Shown piece after piece: positions 52,655 through 64,000 of a stretch of DNA of 64,000 nt. Below the pieces are notes generated by a model, which saw only the letters and a list, made by a program, of their open reading frames with translations, had not been told where the DNA came from and ran no database searches. Where the stretch lies: assembly GCA_963920595.1 (NCBI GenBank), contig OY986947.1, positions 1,922,001 to 1,986,000 on the forward strand, in the 5' to 3' direction. The number at the start of each line of letters is the position of its first letter. Position 1 is the stretch's first letter. This DNA is from Eimeria praecox (taxonomy: Eukaryota). A program made the position numbers and the translations under genes.

Positions 52655-53616
52655 GCGAGGTGACCCTCGCCATGCAGTAAAAGCATCGCAGCTCTCCTGC
52701 TAGAAAATCGAAGCCAAACAAGCGTCTTCTTCTTTCTCGTACCAAGCCCGAATTCTGCGCCAGACTCGCCTTGCGCTCTTTAGCTGGGCATGGCTCCTCC
52801 GCACCACCCTGCTCACCCTAATGACGCTGGTTGTCTGCTTGCCTTTGGATTCCTCACCATGTTCGCATCTGGAAGCTGTTTTCAGTGGCTAAATTCCTGT
52901 ACAACGCAGCTTCTGCCTTAGGATGTGAGAAGGATCGCAATCAACACCAATCAACAACAAGCCAGCGCTCTACGATTGGAGCATGCGGCGGAGTAGACTT
53001 GGCGTTGGTGGGGCTCATGTGGGTGTGTGCTGAGGGCCGCTTCTTGGCTTTTGCCAGGAGAGGTCCTAAGCTTTGGCGCTGTCAAACGCCTGTTCTTGCA
53101 TGGCAAATAAGGCTGCACGAATAGGTTGGCGCCGCTTCGAGAGGTCCATTTCCTCAAATCTCTAGTTCGGACCCACCCTCACCGTCACAGATAGAGCGGT
53201 GGGATGGTGGTACAGCTGTCAGGCTAGGCGCATGCGCTTGCATTTGCGCCCCAACATGCAGCTCCTCATCTCACCAGTAAAGACGCCTGACCACTGGGCA
53301 CTCGTAGGCATACATAGCCATGCGTGATAGTGGCATGCTTCGCGGCATTAGTCCGTCTCCACCCCCCAAGTGATATGTAAAGCACGTTCCATGCACGTGC
53401 ATTCAGCCTTCTCCAAGTGCATGCCGCATGTGAACAGCCGAAGGCAGATCCTTCTCGATACTGGCTGGCACCAAAGTTGCCCCAGAGATCGAGTGAAATG
53501 CAGCTTGGTGAGGTGGAGGCACTGGAGGCGAGCACAGCATTTCTGTGTGGGCATGCAGGATGCTGCTGCATTTGGGGTGTGCCGTCGACTTCCTAGCATG
53601 CTAAGGGGCATCCAAA

Positions 53617-53688
53617 AGGTCCTACTGGGATTTGAACCCAGGTCGGCGGATTCAGAGTCCGCAGTGCTTACCACTACACCATAGAACC
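53617..53688 (-). tRNA. tRNA-Gln(CTG) copy 14
   Basis: Same 72-nt sequence as copy 1. Confidence 0.97.
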
Positions 53689-54650
53689 GCGAGGTGACCC
53701 TCGCCATGCAGTAAAAGCATCGCAGCTCTCCTGCTAGAAAATCGAAGCCAAACAAGCGTCTTCTTCTTTCTCGTACCAAGCCCGAATTCTGCGCCAGACT
53801 CGCCTTGCGCTCTTTAGCTGGGCATGGCTCCTCCGCACCACCCTGCTCACCCTAATGACGCTGGTTGTCTGCTTGCCTTTGGATTCCTCACCATGTTCGC
53901 ATCTGGAAGCTGTTTTCAGTGGCTAAATTCCTGTACAACGCAGCTTCTGCCTTAGGATGTGAGAAGGATCGCAATCAACACCAATCAACAACAAGCCAGC
54001 GCTCTACGATTGGAGCATGCGGCGGAGTAGACTTGGCGTTGGTGGAGCTCATGTGGGTGTGTGCTGAGGGCCGCTTCTTGGCTTTTGCCAGGAGAGGTCC
54101 TAAGCTTTGGCGCTGTCAAACGCCTGTTCTTGCATAGCAAATAAGGCTGCACGAATAGGTTGGCGCCGCTTCGAGAGGTCCATTTCCTCAAATCTCTAGT
54201 TCGGACCCACCCTCACCGTCACAGATAGAGCGGTGGGATGGTGGTACAGCTGTCAGGCTAGGCGCATGCGCTTGCATTTGCGCCCCAACATGCAGCTCCT
54301 CATCTCACCAGTAAAGACGCCTGACCACTGGGCACTCGTAGGCATACATAGCCATGCGTGATAGTGGCATGCTTCGCGGCTTTAGTCCGTCTCCACCCCC
54401 CAAGTGATATGTAAAGCACGTTCCATGCACGTGCATTCAGCCTTCTCCAAGTGCATGCCGCATGTGAACAGCCGAAGGCAGATCCTTCTCGATACTGGCT
54501 GGCACCAAATTTGCCCCAGAGATCGAGTGAAATGCAGCTTGGTGAGGTGGAGGCACTGGAGGCGAGCACAGCATTTCTGTGTGGGCATGCAGGATGCTGC
54601 AGCATTTGGGGTGTGCCTTCGACTTCCTAGCATGCTAAGGGGCATCCAAA

Positions 54651-54722
54651 AGGTCCTACTGGGGTTTGAACCCAGGTCGGCGGATTCAAAGTCCGCAGTG
54701 CTAGCCACTACACCATAGAACC
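54651..54722 (-). tRNA. tRNA-Gln(TTG) copy 15
   Basis: Minus strand GGTTCTATGGTGTAGTGGCTAGCACTGCGGACTTTGAATCCGCCGACCTGGGTTCAAACCCCAGTAGGACCT; anticodon loop CT-TTG-AA, D-loop GGCTAG, T-loop TTCAAAC. Confidence 0.97.
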
Positions 54723-55679
54723 GCAAGGTGACCCTCACCCTGCGCAAAAGCATCACAGCTCTCCTGCTACAAAAATCGACGTCAACCAAGCTTCTTATTG
54801 TCTCCCGCGGACAGCTCGAATTCTGCGCAAGGCTCATCTTGGGCTCCTTCGCTCGGCATGGCTCCTCCGCACCACCCTGCTCACCCTAATGACGCTGGTT
54901 GTCTGCTTGCCTTTGGCTTCCCCGCCATGTTCGCTTCCGGAAGCTCTTGAAAATGGCTAAATTCCTGTACAACGCGGGTTCTGCATTAGGATATAAGAAA
55001 GATCAGATTCAACACCAAGAAAAGCTAGCGCTCTACGATTGGAGCATGCGGCGGAGCAGACTTGGTGTTGGTGGGGCTCATGTGGGTGTGTGCTGAGGGC
55101 CGCTTCTTGGCTTTTGCCAGGAGAGGTCCTAAGCTTTGGCGCTGTCAAACGCCTGTTCTTGCATAGCAAATAAGGCTGCACGAATAGGTTGGCGCTGCTT
55201 CGAGAGGTCCATTTCCTCAAATCTCTAGTTCGGACCCACCATCACCGTCACAGATAGAGCGGTGGGATGGTGAAACAGCTGTCAGGCTGGGCGCATGCGC
55301 TTGCATTTGCGCCCCAACATGCAGCTCCTCATCTCACCAGTAAAGCCGCCTGACCATTGAGCACTTGTAGGCATACATAGCCATGCGTGAGAGTGGCATG
55401 CTTCGCGGCATTTGTCCGTCTCCACCCCCCAAGTGATATGTAAAGCACGTTCCATGCACGTGCATTCAGCCTTCTCCAAGTGCATGCCGCATGTGAACAG
55501 CCGAAGGCAGATCCTTCTCGATACTGGCTGGCACCAAAGTTGCCCCAGAGATCGAGTGAAATGCAGCTTGGTGAGGTGGAGGCACTGGAGGCGAGCACAG
55601 CATTTCTGTGTGGGCATGCAGGATGCTGCAGCATTTGGGGTGTGCCGTCGACTTCCTAGCATGCTAAGGGGCATCCAAA

Positions 55680-55751
55680 AGGTCCTACTGGGGTTTGAAC
55701 CCAGGTCGGCGGATTCAAAGTCCGCAGTGCTAGCCACTACACCATAGAACC
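55680..55751 (-). tRNA. tRNA-Gln(TTG) copy 16
   Basis: Same as copy 15. Confidence 0.97.
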
Positions 55752-56708
55752 GCAAGGTGACCCTCACCCTGCGCAAAAGCATCACAGCTCTCCTGCTACA
55801 AAAATCGACGTCAACCAAGCTTCTTATTGTCTCCCGCGGACAGCTCGAATTCTGAGCAAGGCTCATCTTGGGCTCCTTCGCTCGGCATGGCTCCTCCGCA
55901 CCACCCTGCTCACCCTAATGACGCTGGTTGTCTGCTTGCCTTTGGATTCCCCGCCACGTTCGCTTCCGGAAGCTCTTGAAAATGGCTAAATTCCTGTACA
56001 ACGCAGGTTCTGCATTAGGATATAAGAAAGATCAGATTCAACACCAAGAAAAGCTAGCGCTCTACGATTGGAGCATGCGGCGGAGCAGACTTGGTGTTGG
56101 TGGGGCTCATGTGGGTGTGTGCTGAGGGCCGCTTCTTGGCTTTTGCCAGGAGAGGTCCTAAGCTTTGGCGCTGTCAAACGCCTGTTCTTGCATAGCAAAT
56201 AAGGCTGCACGAATAGGTTCGCGCCGCTTCGAGAGGTCCATTTCCTCAAATCTCTAGTTCCGACACACCCTCACCGTCACAGATAGAGCGGTGGGATGGT
56301 GGTACAGCTGTCAGGCTAGGCGCATGCGCTTGCATTTGCGCCCCAACATGCAGCTCCTCATCTCACCAGTAAAGACGCCTGACCATTGAGCACTTGTAGG
56401 CATACATAGCCATGCGTGAGAGTGGCATGCTTCACGGCATTAGTCCGTCTCCACCCCCCAAGTGATATGTAAAGCACGTTCCATGCACGTGCATTCAGCC
56501 TTCTCCAAGTGCATGCCGCATGTGAACAGCCGAAGGCAGATCCTTCTCGATACTGGCTGGCACCAAAGTTGCCCCAGAGATCGAGTGAAATGCAGCTTGG
56601 TGAGGTGGAGGCACTGGAGGCGAGCACAGTATTTCTGTGTGGGCATGCAGGATGCTGCAACATTTGGGGTGTGCCGTCGACTTCCTAGCATGCTAAGGGG
56701 CATCCAAA

Positions 56709-56780
56709 AGGTCCTACTGGGGTTTGAACCCAGGTCGGCGGATTCAAAGTCCGCAGTGCTAGCCACTACACCATAGAACC
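56709..56780 (-). tRNA. tRNA-Gln(TTG) copy 17
   Basis: Same as copy 15. Confidence 0.97.
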
Positions 56781-57737
56781 GCGAGGTGACCCTCACCCTG
56801 CGCAAAAGCATCACAGCTCTCCTGCTACAAAAATCGACTTCAACCAAGCTTCTTATTGTCTCCCGCGGACAGCTCGAATTCTGAGCAAGGCTCATCTTGG
56901 GCTCCTTCGCTCGGCATGGCTCCTCCGCACCACCCTGCTCACCCGTTTGGTGTTGATTGTCTGCTTGCCTCTGGATTCCCCACCATGTTCGCTTCCGGAA
57001 GCTCTTGCAAAAGGCTAAATTCCTGTACAATGCAGATTCTGCATTAGGATATAAGAACGATCAGATTCAACACCAAGAAAAGCTAGCGCTCTACGATTGG
57101 AGCATGCGGCGGAGTAGACTTGGCGTTGGTGGGGCTCATGTGGGTGTGTGCTGAGGGCCGCTTCGTGGCTTTTGCCAGGAGAGGTCCTAAGCTTTGGCGC
57201 TGTCAAACGCCTGTTCTTGCATGGCAAATAAGGCTGCACGAATAGGTTGGCGCCGCTTCGAGAGGTCCACTTCCTCAAATCTCTAGTTCCGACACACCCT
57301 CACCGTCACAGATAGAGCGGTGGGATGGTGGTACAGCTGTCAGGCTAGGCGCATGCGCTTGCATTTGCGCCCCAACATGCAGCTCCTCATCTCACCAGTA
57401 AAGACGCCTGACCATTGAGCACTCGTACGCATACATAGCCATGCGTGATAGTGGCATGCTTCGCGGCATTTGTCCGTCTCCACCCCCCAAGTGATATGTA
57501 AAGCACGTTCCATGCACGTGCATTCAGCCTTCTCCAAGTGCATGCCGCATGTGAACAGCCGAAGGCAGATCCTTCTCGACACTGGCTGGCACCAAAGTTG
57601 CCCCAGAGATCGAGTGAAATGCAGCTTGGTGAGGTGGAGGCACTGGAGGCGAGCACAGCATTTCTGTGTGGGCATGCAGGATGCTGCAGCATTTGGGGTG
57701 TGCCGTCGACTTCCTAGCATGCTAAGGGGCATCCAAA

Positions 57738-57809
57738 AGGTCCTACTGGGGTTTGAACCCAGGTCGGCGGATTCAAAGTCCGCAGTGCTAGCCACTACAC
57801 CATAGAACC
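57738..57809 (-). tRNA. tRNA-Gln(TTG) copy 18
   Basis: Same as copy 15. Confidence 0.97.
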
Positions 57810-58766
57810 GCAAGGTGACCCTCACCCTGCGCAAAAGCATCACAGCTCTCCTGCTACAAAAATCGACGTCAACCAAGCTTCTTATTGTCTCCCGCGGACA
57901 GCTCGAATTCTGCGCAAGGCTCATCTTGGGCTCCTTCGCTCGGCATGGCTCCTCCGCACCACCCTGCTCACCCTAATGACGCTGGTTGTCTGCTTGCCTT
58001 TGGATTCCCCGCCACGTTCGCTTCCGGAAGCTCTTGAAAATGGCTAAATTCCTGTACAACGCAGGTTCTGCATTAGGATATAAGAAAGATCAGATTCAAC
58101 ACCAAGAAAAGCTAGCGCTCTACGATTGGAGCATGCGGCGGAGCAGACTTGGTGTTGGTGGGGCTCATGTGGGTGTGTGCTGAGGGCCGCTTCTTGGCTT
58201 TTGCCAGGAGAGGTCCTAAGCTTTGGCGCTGTCAAACGCCTGTTCTTGCATAGCAAATAAGGCTGCACGAATAGGTTGGCGCCGCTTCGAGAGGTCCATT
58301 TCCTCAAATCTCTAGTTCCGACACACCCTCACCGTCACAGATAGAGCGGTGGGATGGTGGTACAGCTGTCAGGCTAGGCGCATGCGCTTGCATTTGCGCC
58401 CCAACATGCAGCTCCTCATCTCACCAGTAAAGACGCCTGACCATTGAGCACTTGTAGGCATACATAGCCATGCGTGAGAGTGGCATGCTTCACGGCATTA
58501 GTCCGTCTCCACCCCCCAAGTGATATGTAAAGCACGTTCCATGCACGTGCATTCAGCCTTCTCCAAGTGCATGCCGCATGTGAACAGCCGAAGGCAGATC
58601 CTTCTCGATACTGGCTGGCACCAAAGTTGCCCCAGAGATCGAGTGAAATGCAGCTTGGTGAGGTGGAGGCACTGGAGGCGAGCACAGTATTTCTGTGTGG
58701 GCATGCAGGATGCTGCAACATTTGGGGTGTGCCGTCGACTTCCTAGCATGCTAAGGGGCATCCAAA

Positions 58767-58838
58767 AGGTCCTACTGGGGTTTGAACCCAGGTCGGCGGA
58801 TTCAAAGTCCGCAGTGCTAGCCACTACACCATAGAACC
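58767..58838 (-). tRNA. tRNA-Gln(TTG) copy 19
   Basis: Same as copy 15. Confidence 0.97.
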
Positions 58839-59795
58839 GCGAGGTGACCCTCACCCTGCGCAAAAGCATCACAGCTCTCCTGCTACAAAAATCGACTTCA
58901 ACCAAGCTTCTTATTGTCTCCCGCAGACAGCTCGAATTCTGAGCAAGGCTCATCTTGGGCTCCTTCGCTCGGCATGGCTCCTCCGCACCACCCTGCTCAC
59001 CCGTTTGGTGTTGATTGTCTGCTTGCCTCTGGATTCCCCACCATGTTCGCTTCCGGAAGCTCTTGCAAAAGGCTAAATTCCTGTACAATGCAGATTCTGC
59101 ATTAGGATATAAGAACGATCAGATTCAACACCAAGAAAAGCTAGCGCTCTACGATTGGAGCATGCGGCGGAGTAGACTTGGCGTTGGTGGGGCTCATGTG
59201 GGTGTGTGCTGAGGGCCGCTTCGTGGCTTTTGCCAGGACAGGTCCTAAGCTTTGGCGCTGTCAAACGCCTGTTCTTGCATGGCAAATAAGGCTGCACGAA
59301 TAGGTTGGCGCCGCTTCGAGAGGTCCACTTCCTCAAATCTCTAGTTCCGACACACCCTCACCGTCACAGATAGAGCGGTGGGATGGTGGTACAGCTGTCA
59401 GGCTAGGCGCATGCGCTTGCATTTGCGCCCCAACATGCAGCTCCTCATCTCACCAGTAAAGACGCCTGACCATTGAGCACTCGTACGCATACATAGCCAT
59501 GCGTGAGAGTGGCATGCTTCACGGCATTAGTCCGTCTCCACCCCCCAAGTGATATGTAAAGCACGTTCCATGCACGTGCATTCAGCCTTCTCCAAGTGCA
59601 TGCCGCATGTGAACAGCCGAAGGCAGATCCTTCTCGATACTGGCTGGCACCAAAGTTGCCCCAGAGATCGAGTGAAATGCAGCTTGGTGAGGTGGAGGCA
59701 CTGGAGGCGAGCACAGTATTTCTGTGTGGGCATGCAGGATGCTGCAACATTTGGGGTGTGCCGTCGACTTCCTAGCATGCTAAGGGGCATCCAAA

Positions 59796-59867
59796 AGGTC
59801 CTACTGGGGTTTGAACCCAGGTCGGCGGATTCAAAGTCCGCAGTGCTAGCCACTACACCATAGAACC
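59796..59867 (-). tRNA. tRNA-Gln(TTG) copy 20
   Basis: Same as copy 15. Confidence 0.97.
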
Positions 59868-60824
59868 GCGAGGTGACCCTCACCCTGCGCAAAAGCATCA
59901 CAGCTCTCCTGCTACAAAAATCGACTTCAACCAAGCTTCTTATTGTCTCCCGCAGACAGCTCGAATTCTGAGCAAGGCTCATCTTGGGCTCCTTCGCTCG
60001 GCATGGCTCCTCCGCACCACCCTGCTCACCCGTTTGGTGTTGATTGTCTGCTTGCCTCTGGATTCCCCACCATGTTCGCTTCCGGAAGCTCTTGCAAAAG
60101 GCTAAATTCCTGTACAATGCAGATTCTGCATTAGGATATAAGAACGATCAGATTCAACACCAAGAAAAGCTAGCGCTCTACGATTGGAGCATGCGGCGGA
60201 GTAGACTTGGCGTTGGTGGGGCTCATGTGGGTGTGTGCTGAGGGCCGCTTCGTGGCTTTTGCCAGGACAGGTCCTAAGCTTTGGCGCTGTCAAACGCCTG
60301 TTCTTGCATGGCAAATAAGGCTGCACGAATAGGTTGGCGCCGCTTCGAGAGGTCCACTTCCTCAAATCTCTAGTTCCGACACACCCTCACCGTCACAGAT
60401 AGAGCGGTGGGATGGTGGTACAGCTGTCAGGCTAGGCGCATGCGCTTGCATTTGCGCCCCAACATGCAGCTCCTCATCTCACCAGTAAAGACGCCTGACC
60501 ATTGAGCACTCGTACGCATACATAGCCATGCGTGATAGTGGCATGCTTCGCGGCATTTGTCCGTCTCCACCCCCCAAGTGATATGTAAAGCACGTTCCAT
60601 GCACGTGCATTCAGCCTTCTCCAAGTGCATGCCGCATGTGAACAGCCGAAGGCAGATCCTTCTCGACACTGGCTGGCACCAAAGTTGCCCCAGAGATCGA
60701 GTGAAATGCAGCTTGGTGAGGTGGAGGCACTGGAGGCGAGCACAGCATTTCTGTGTGGGCATGCAGGATGCTGCTGCATTTGGGGTGTGCCGTCGACTTC
60801 CTAGCATGCTAAGGGGCATCCAAA

Positions 60825-60896
60825 AGGTCCTACTGGGGTTTGAACCCAGGTCGGCGGATTCAAAGTCCGCAGTGCTAGCCACTACACCATAGAACC
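60825..60896 (-). tRNA. tRNA-Gln(TTG) copy 21
   Basis: Same as copy 15. Confidence 0.97.
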
Positions 60897-61853
60897 GCAA
60901 GGTGACCCTCACCCTGCGCAAAAGCATCACAGCTCTCCTGCTACAAAAATCGACGTCAACCAAGCTTCTTATTGTCTCCCGCGGACAGCTCGAATTCTGC
61001 GCAAGGCTCATCTTGGGCTCCTTCGCTCGGCATGGCTCCTCCGCACCACCCTGCTCACCCTAATGACGCTGGTTGTCTGCTTGCCTTTGGATTCCCCGCC
61101 ACGTTCGCTTCCGGAAGCTCTTGAAAATGGCTAAATTCCTGTACAACGCAGGTTCTGCATTAGGATATAAGAAAGATCAGATTCAACACCAAGAAAAGCT
61201 AGCGCTCTACGATTGGAGCATGCGGCGGAGCAGACTTGGTGTTGGTGGGGCTCATGTGGGTGTGTGCTGAGGGCCGCTTCTTGGCTTTTGCCAGGAGAGG
61301 TCCTAAGCTTTGGCGCTGTCAAACGCCTGTTCTTGCATAGCAAATAAGGCTGCACGAATAGGTTGGCGCCGCTTCGAGAGGTCCATTTCCTCAAATCTCT
61401 AGTTCCGACACACCCTCACCGTCACAGATAGAGCGGTGGGATGGTGGTACAGCTGTCAGGCTGGGCGCATGCGCTTGCATTTGCGCCCCAACATGCAGCT
61501 CCTCATCTCACCAGTAAAGACGCCTGACCATTGAGCACTCGTACGCATACATAGCCATGCGTGATAGTGGCATGCTTCGCGGCATTAGTCCGTCTCCACC
61601 CCCCAAGTGATATGTAAAGCACGTTCCATGCACGTGCATTCAGCCTTCTCCAAGTGCATGCCGCATGTGAACAGCCGAAGGCAGATCCTTCTCGATACTG
61701 GCTGGCACCAAAGTTGCCCCAGAGATCGAGTGAAATGCAGCTTGGTGAGGTGGAGGCACTGGAGGCGAGCACAGAATTTCTGTGTGGGCATGCAGGATGC
61801 TGCAACATTTGGGGTGTGCCGTCGACTTCCTAGCATGCTAAGGGGCATCCAAA

Positions 61854-61925
61854 AGGTCCTACTGGGGTTTGAACCCAGGTCGGCGGATTCAAAGTCCGCA
61901 GTGCTAGCCACTACACCATAGAACC
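61854..61925 (-). tRNA. tRNA-Gln(TTG) copy 22
   Basis: Same as copy 15. Confidence 0.97.
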
Positions 61926-62882
61926 GCAAGGTGACCCTCACCCTGCGCAAAAGCATCACAGCTCTCCTGCTACAAAAATCGACGTCAACCAAGCTTCTTA
62001 TTGTCTCCCGCGGACAGCTCGAATTCTGCGCAAGGCTCATCTTGGGCTCCTTCGCTCGGCATGGCTCCTCCGCACCACCTTGCTCACCCGTTTGGTGTTG
62101 ATTGTCTGCTTGCCTCTGGATTCCCCACCATGTTCGCTTCCGGAAGCTCTTGAAAATGGCTAAATTCCTGTACAACGCAGGTTCTGCATTAGGATATAAG
62201 AAAGATCAGATTCAACACCAAGAAAAGCTAGCGCTCTACGATTGGAGCATGCGGCGGAGCAGACTTGGTGTTGGTGGGGCTCATGTGGGTGTGTGCTGAG
62301 GGCCGCTTCTTGGCTTTTGCCAGGAGAGGTCCTAAGCTTTGGCGCTGTCAAACGCCTGTTCTTGCATAGCAAATAAGGCTGCACGAATAGGTTGGCGCTG
62401 CTTCGAGAGGTCCATTTCCTCAAATCTCTAGTTCGGACCCACCCTCATCGTCACAGATAGAGCGGTGGGATGGTGGTACAGCTGTCAGGCTAGGCGCATG
62501 CGCTTGCATTTGCGCCCCAACATGCAGCTCCTCATCTCACCAGTAAAGACGCCTGACCACTGTGCACTCTTACGCATACATAGCCATGCGTGAGAGTGGC
62601 ATGCTTCGCGGCATTAGTCCGTCTCCACCCCCCAAGTGATATGTAAAGCACGTTCCATGCACGTGCATTCAGCCTTCTCCAAGTGCATGCCGCATGTGAA
62701 CAGCCGAAGGCAGATCCTTCTCGATACTGGCTGGCACCAAAGTTGCCCCAGAGATCGAGTGAAATGCAGCTTGGTGAGGTGGAGGCCCTGGAGGCGAGCA
62801 CAGCATTTCTGTGTGGGCATGCAGGATGCTGCTGCATTTGGGGTGTGCCTTCGACTTCCTAGCATGCTAAGGGGCATCCAAA

Positions 62883-62954
62883 AGGTCCTACTGGGATTTG
62901 AACCCAGGTCGGCGGATTCAGAGTCCGCAGTGCTTACCACTACACCATAGAACC
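62883..62954 (-). tRNA. tRNA-Gln(CTG) copy 23
   Basis: Same as copy 1; the array reverts to the CTG type. Confidence 0.97.
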
Positions 62955-63916
62955 GCGAGGTGACCCTCGCCATGCAGTAAAAGCATCGCAGCTCTCCTGC
63001 TAGAAAATCGAAGCCAAACAAGCGTCTTCTTCTTTCTCGTACCAAGCCCGAATTCTGCGCCAGACTCGCCTTGCGCTCTTTAGCTGGGCATGGCTCCTCC
63101 GCACCACCCTGCTCACCCTAATGACGCTGGTTGTCTGCTTGCCTTTGCATTCCTCACCATGTTCGCATCTGGAAGCTGTTTTCAGTGGCTAAATTCCTGT
63201 GCAACGCAGCTTCTGCCTTAGGATGTGAGAAGGATCGCAATCAACACCAATCAACAACAAGCCAGCGCTCTACGATTGGAGCATGCGGCGGAGCAGACTT
63301 GGTGTTGGTGGGGCTCATGTGGGTGTGTGCTGAGGGCCGCTTCGTGGCGCTTGCCAGGAGAGGTCCTAAGCTTTGACTCTGTCAAACGCCTGTTCTTGCA
63401 TAGCAAATAAGGCTGCACGAATAGGTTGGCGCTGCTTCGAGAGGTCCATTTCCTCAAATCTCTAGTTCCGACACACCCTCATCGTCACAGAGAGAGCGGT
63501 GGGATGGTGGTACAGCTGTCAGGCTGGGCGCATGTGCTTGCATTTGCGCCCCAACATGCAGCTCCTCATCTCACCAGTAAAGACGCCTGACCATTGAGCA
63601 CTTGTAGGCATACATAGCCATGCGTGAGAGTGGCATGCTTCGCGGCATTAGTCCGTCTCCACCCCCCAAGTGATATGTAAAGCACGTTCCATGCACGTGC
63701 ATTCAGCCTTCTCCAAGTGCATGCCGCATGTGAACAGCCGAAGGCAGATCCTTCTCGACACTGGCTGGCACCAAAGTTGCCCCAGAGATCGAGTGAAATG
63801 CAGCTTGGTGAGGTGGAGGCACTGGAGGCGAGCACAGCATTTCTGTGTGGGCATGCAGGATGCTGCTGCATTTGGGGTGTGCCGTCGACTTCCTAGCATG
63901 CTAAGGGGCATCCAAA

Positions 63917-63988
63917 AGGTCCTACTGGGATTTGAACCCAGGTCGGCGGATTCAGAGTCCGCAGTGCTTACCACTACACCATAGAACC
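63917..63988 (-). tRNA. tRNA-Gln(CTG) copy 24
   Basis: Same as copy 1; the immediate flank has the 'cgcaagg' allele otherwise seen in TTG units. Confidence 0.97.
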
Positions 63989-64000
63989 GCAAGGTGACCC

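Larger units (their letters stand above)
39855..64000. repeat. Tandem array of ~1029-1036-bp units, each with one tRNA-Gln gene; 24 units in view, continues past the window end
   Basis: Near-identical sequence recurs every 1034-1036 nt (CTG-type units) or 1029 nt (TTG-type units). Confidence 0.99.

Noticed and set aside
54651..61925. TTG-type copies as suppressor or pseudo-tRNAs
   Set aside because: The anticodon reads TTG (Gln, CAA), not TTA or CTA; stems and A/B boxes are intact.
39854..63992. Dozens of repeated 63-208 aa ORFs in the tandem unit (e.g. MVRERRRRLFGFDF..., MRKWTSRSGAN...)
   Set aside because: They overlap the tRNA on both strands, are broken by indels and stops differently among units, often use non-ATG starts and show no recognisable domain.
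39855..64000. CRISPR array or 5S rDNA interpretation of the tandem repeat
   Set aside because: Units are ~1 kb and near-identical with no unique spacers or cas genes. No 5S rRNA sequence is recognisable; the only RNA gene seen is tRNA-Gln.

Overview
Eukaryotic genomic DNA with the hallmarks of a coccidian apicomplexan, most likely Eimeria: dense (CAG)n tracts, interstitial (AAACCCT)n telomere-like repeats, TGCATGCA runs and GT-AG introns. The species is not determinable by eye. There are three zones. (1) About 1-29.1 kb is repeat-rich and holds four minus-strand genes full of poly-Q/A/S tracts: a signal-peptide + PA-like + multi-TM gene frameshifted by an exact 17-nt duplication, a LITAF zinc-ribbon gene with a PPxY-rich tail, an RCC1-repeat gene and a 2130-aa hypothetical protein. 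(2) About 29.1-39.85 kb is repeat-poor and holds an initiator tRNA-Met, a 9-exon Sds22/PPP1R7-like LRR gene and a decayed Ty3/gypsy-like gag + protease relic. (3) From about 39.86 kb to the window end is a head-to-tail array of ~1.03-kb units, each carrying one intact minus-strand tRNA-Gln gene. There are 24 copies in view, in blocks of 14 CTG, 8 TTG and 2 CTG, and each isoacceptor has its own 5' flank. This amplified two-isoacceptor tRNA-Gln array, next to genes packed with CAG/CAA poly-glutamine, is the most notable feature. Most ORFs in the supplied track are artefacts of microsatellites or of the tandem unit.
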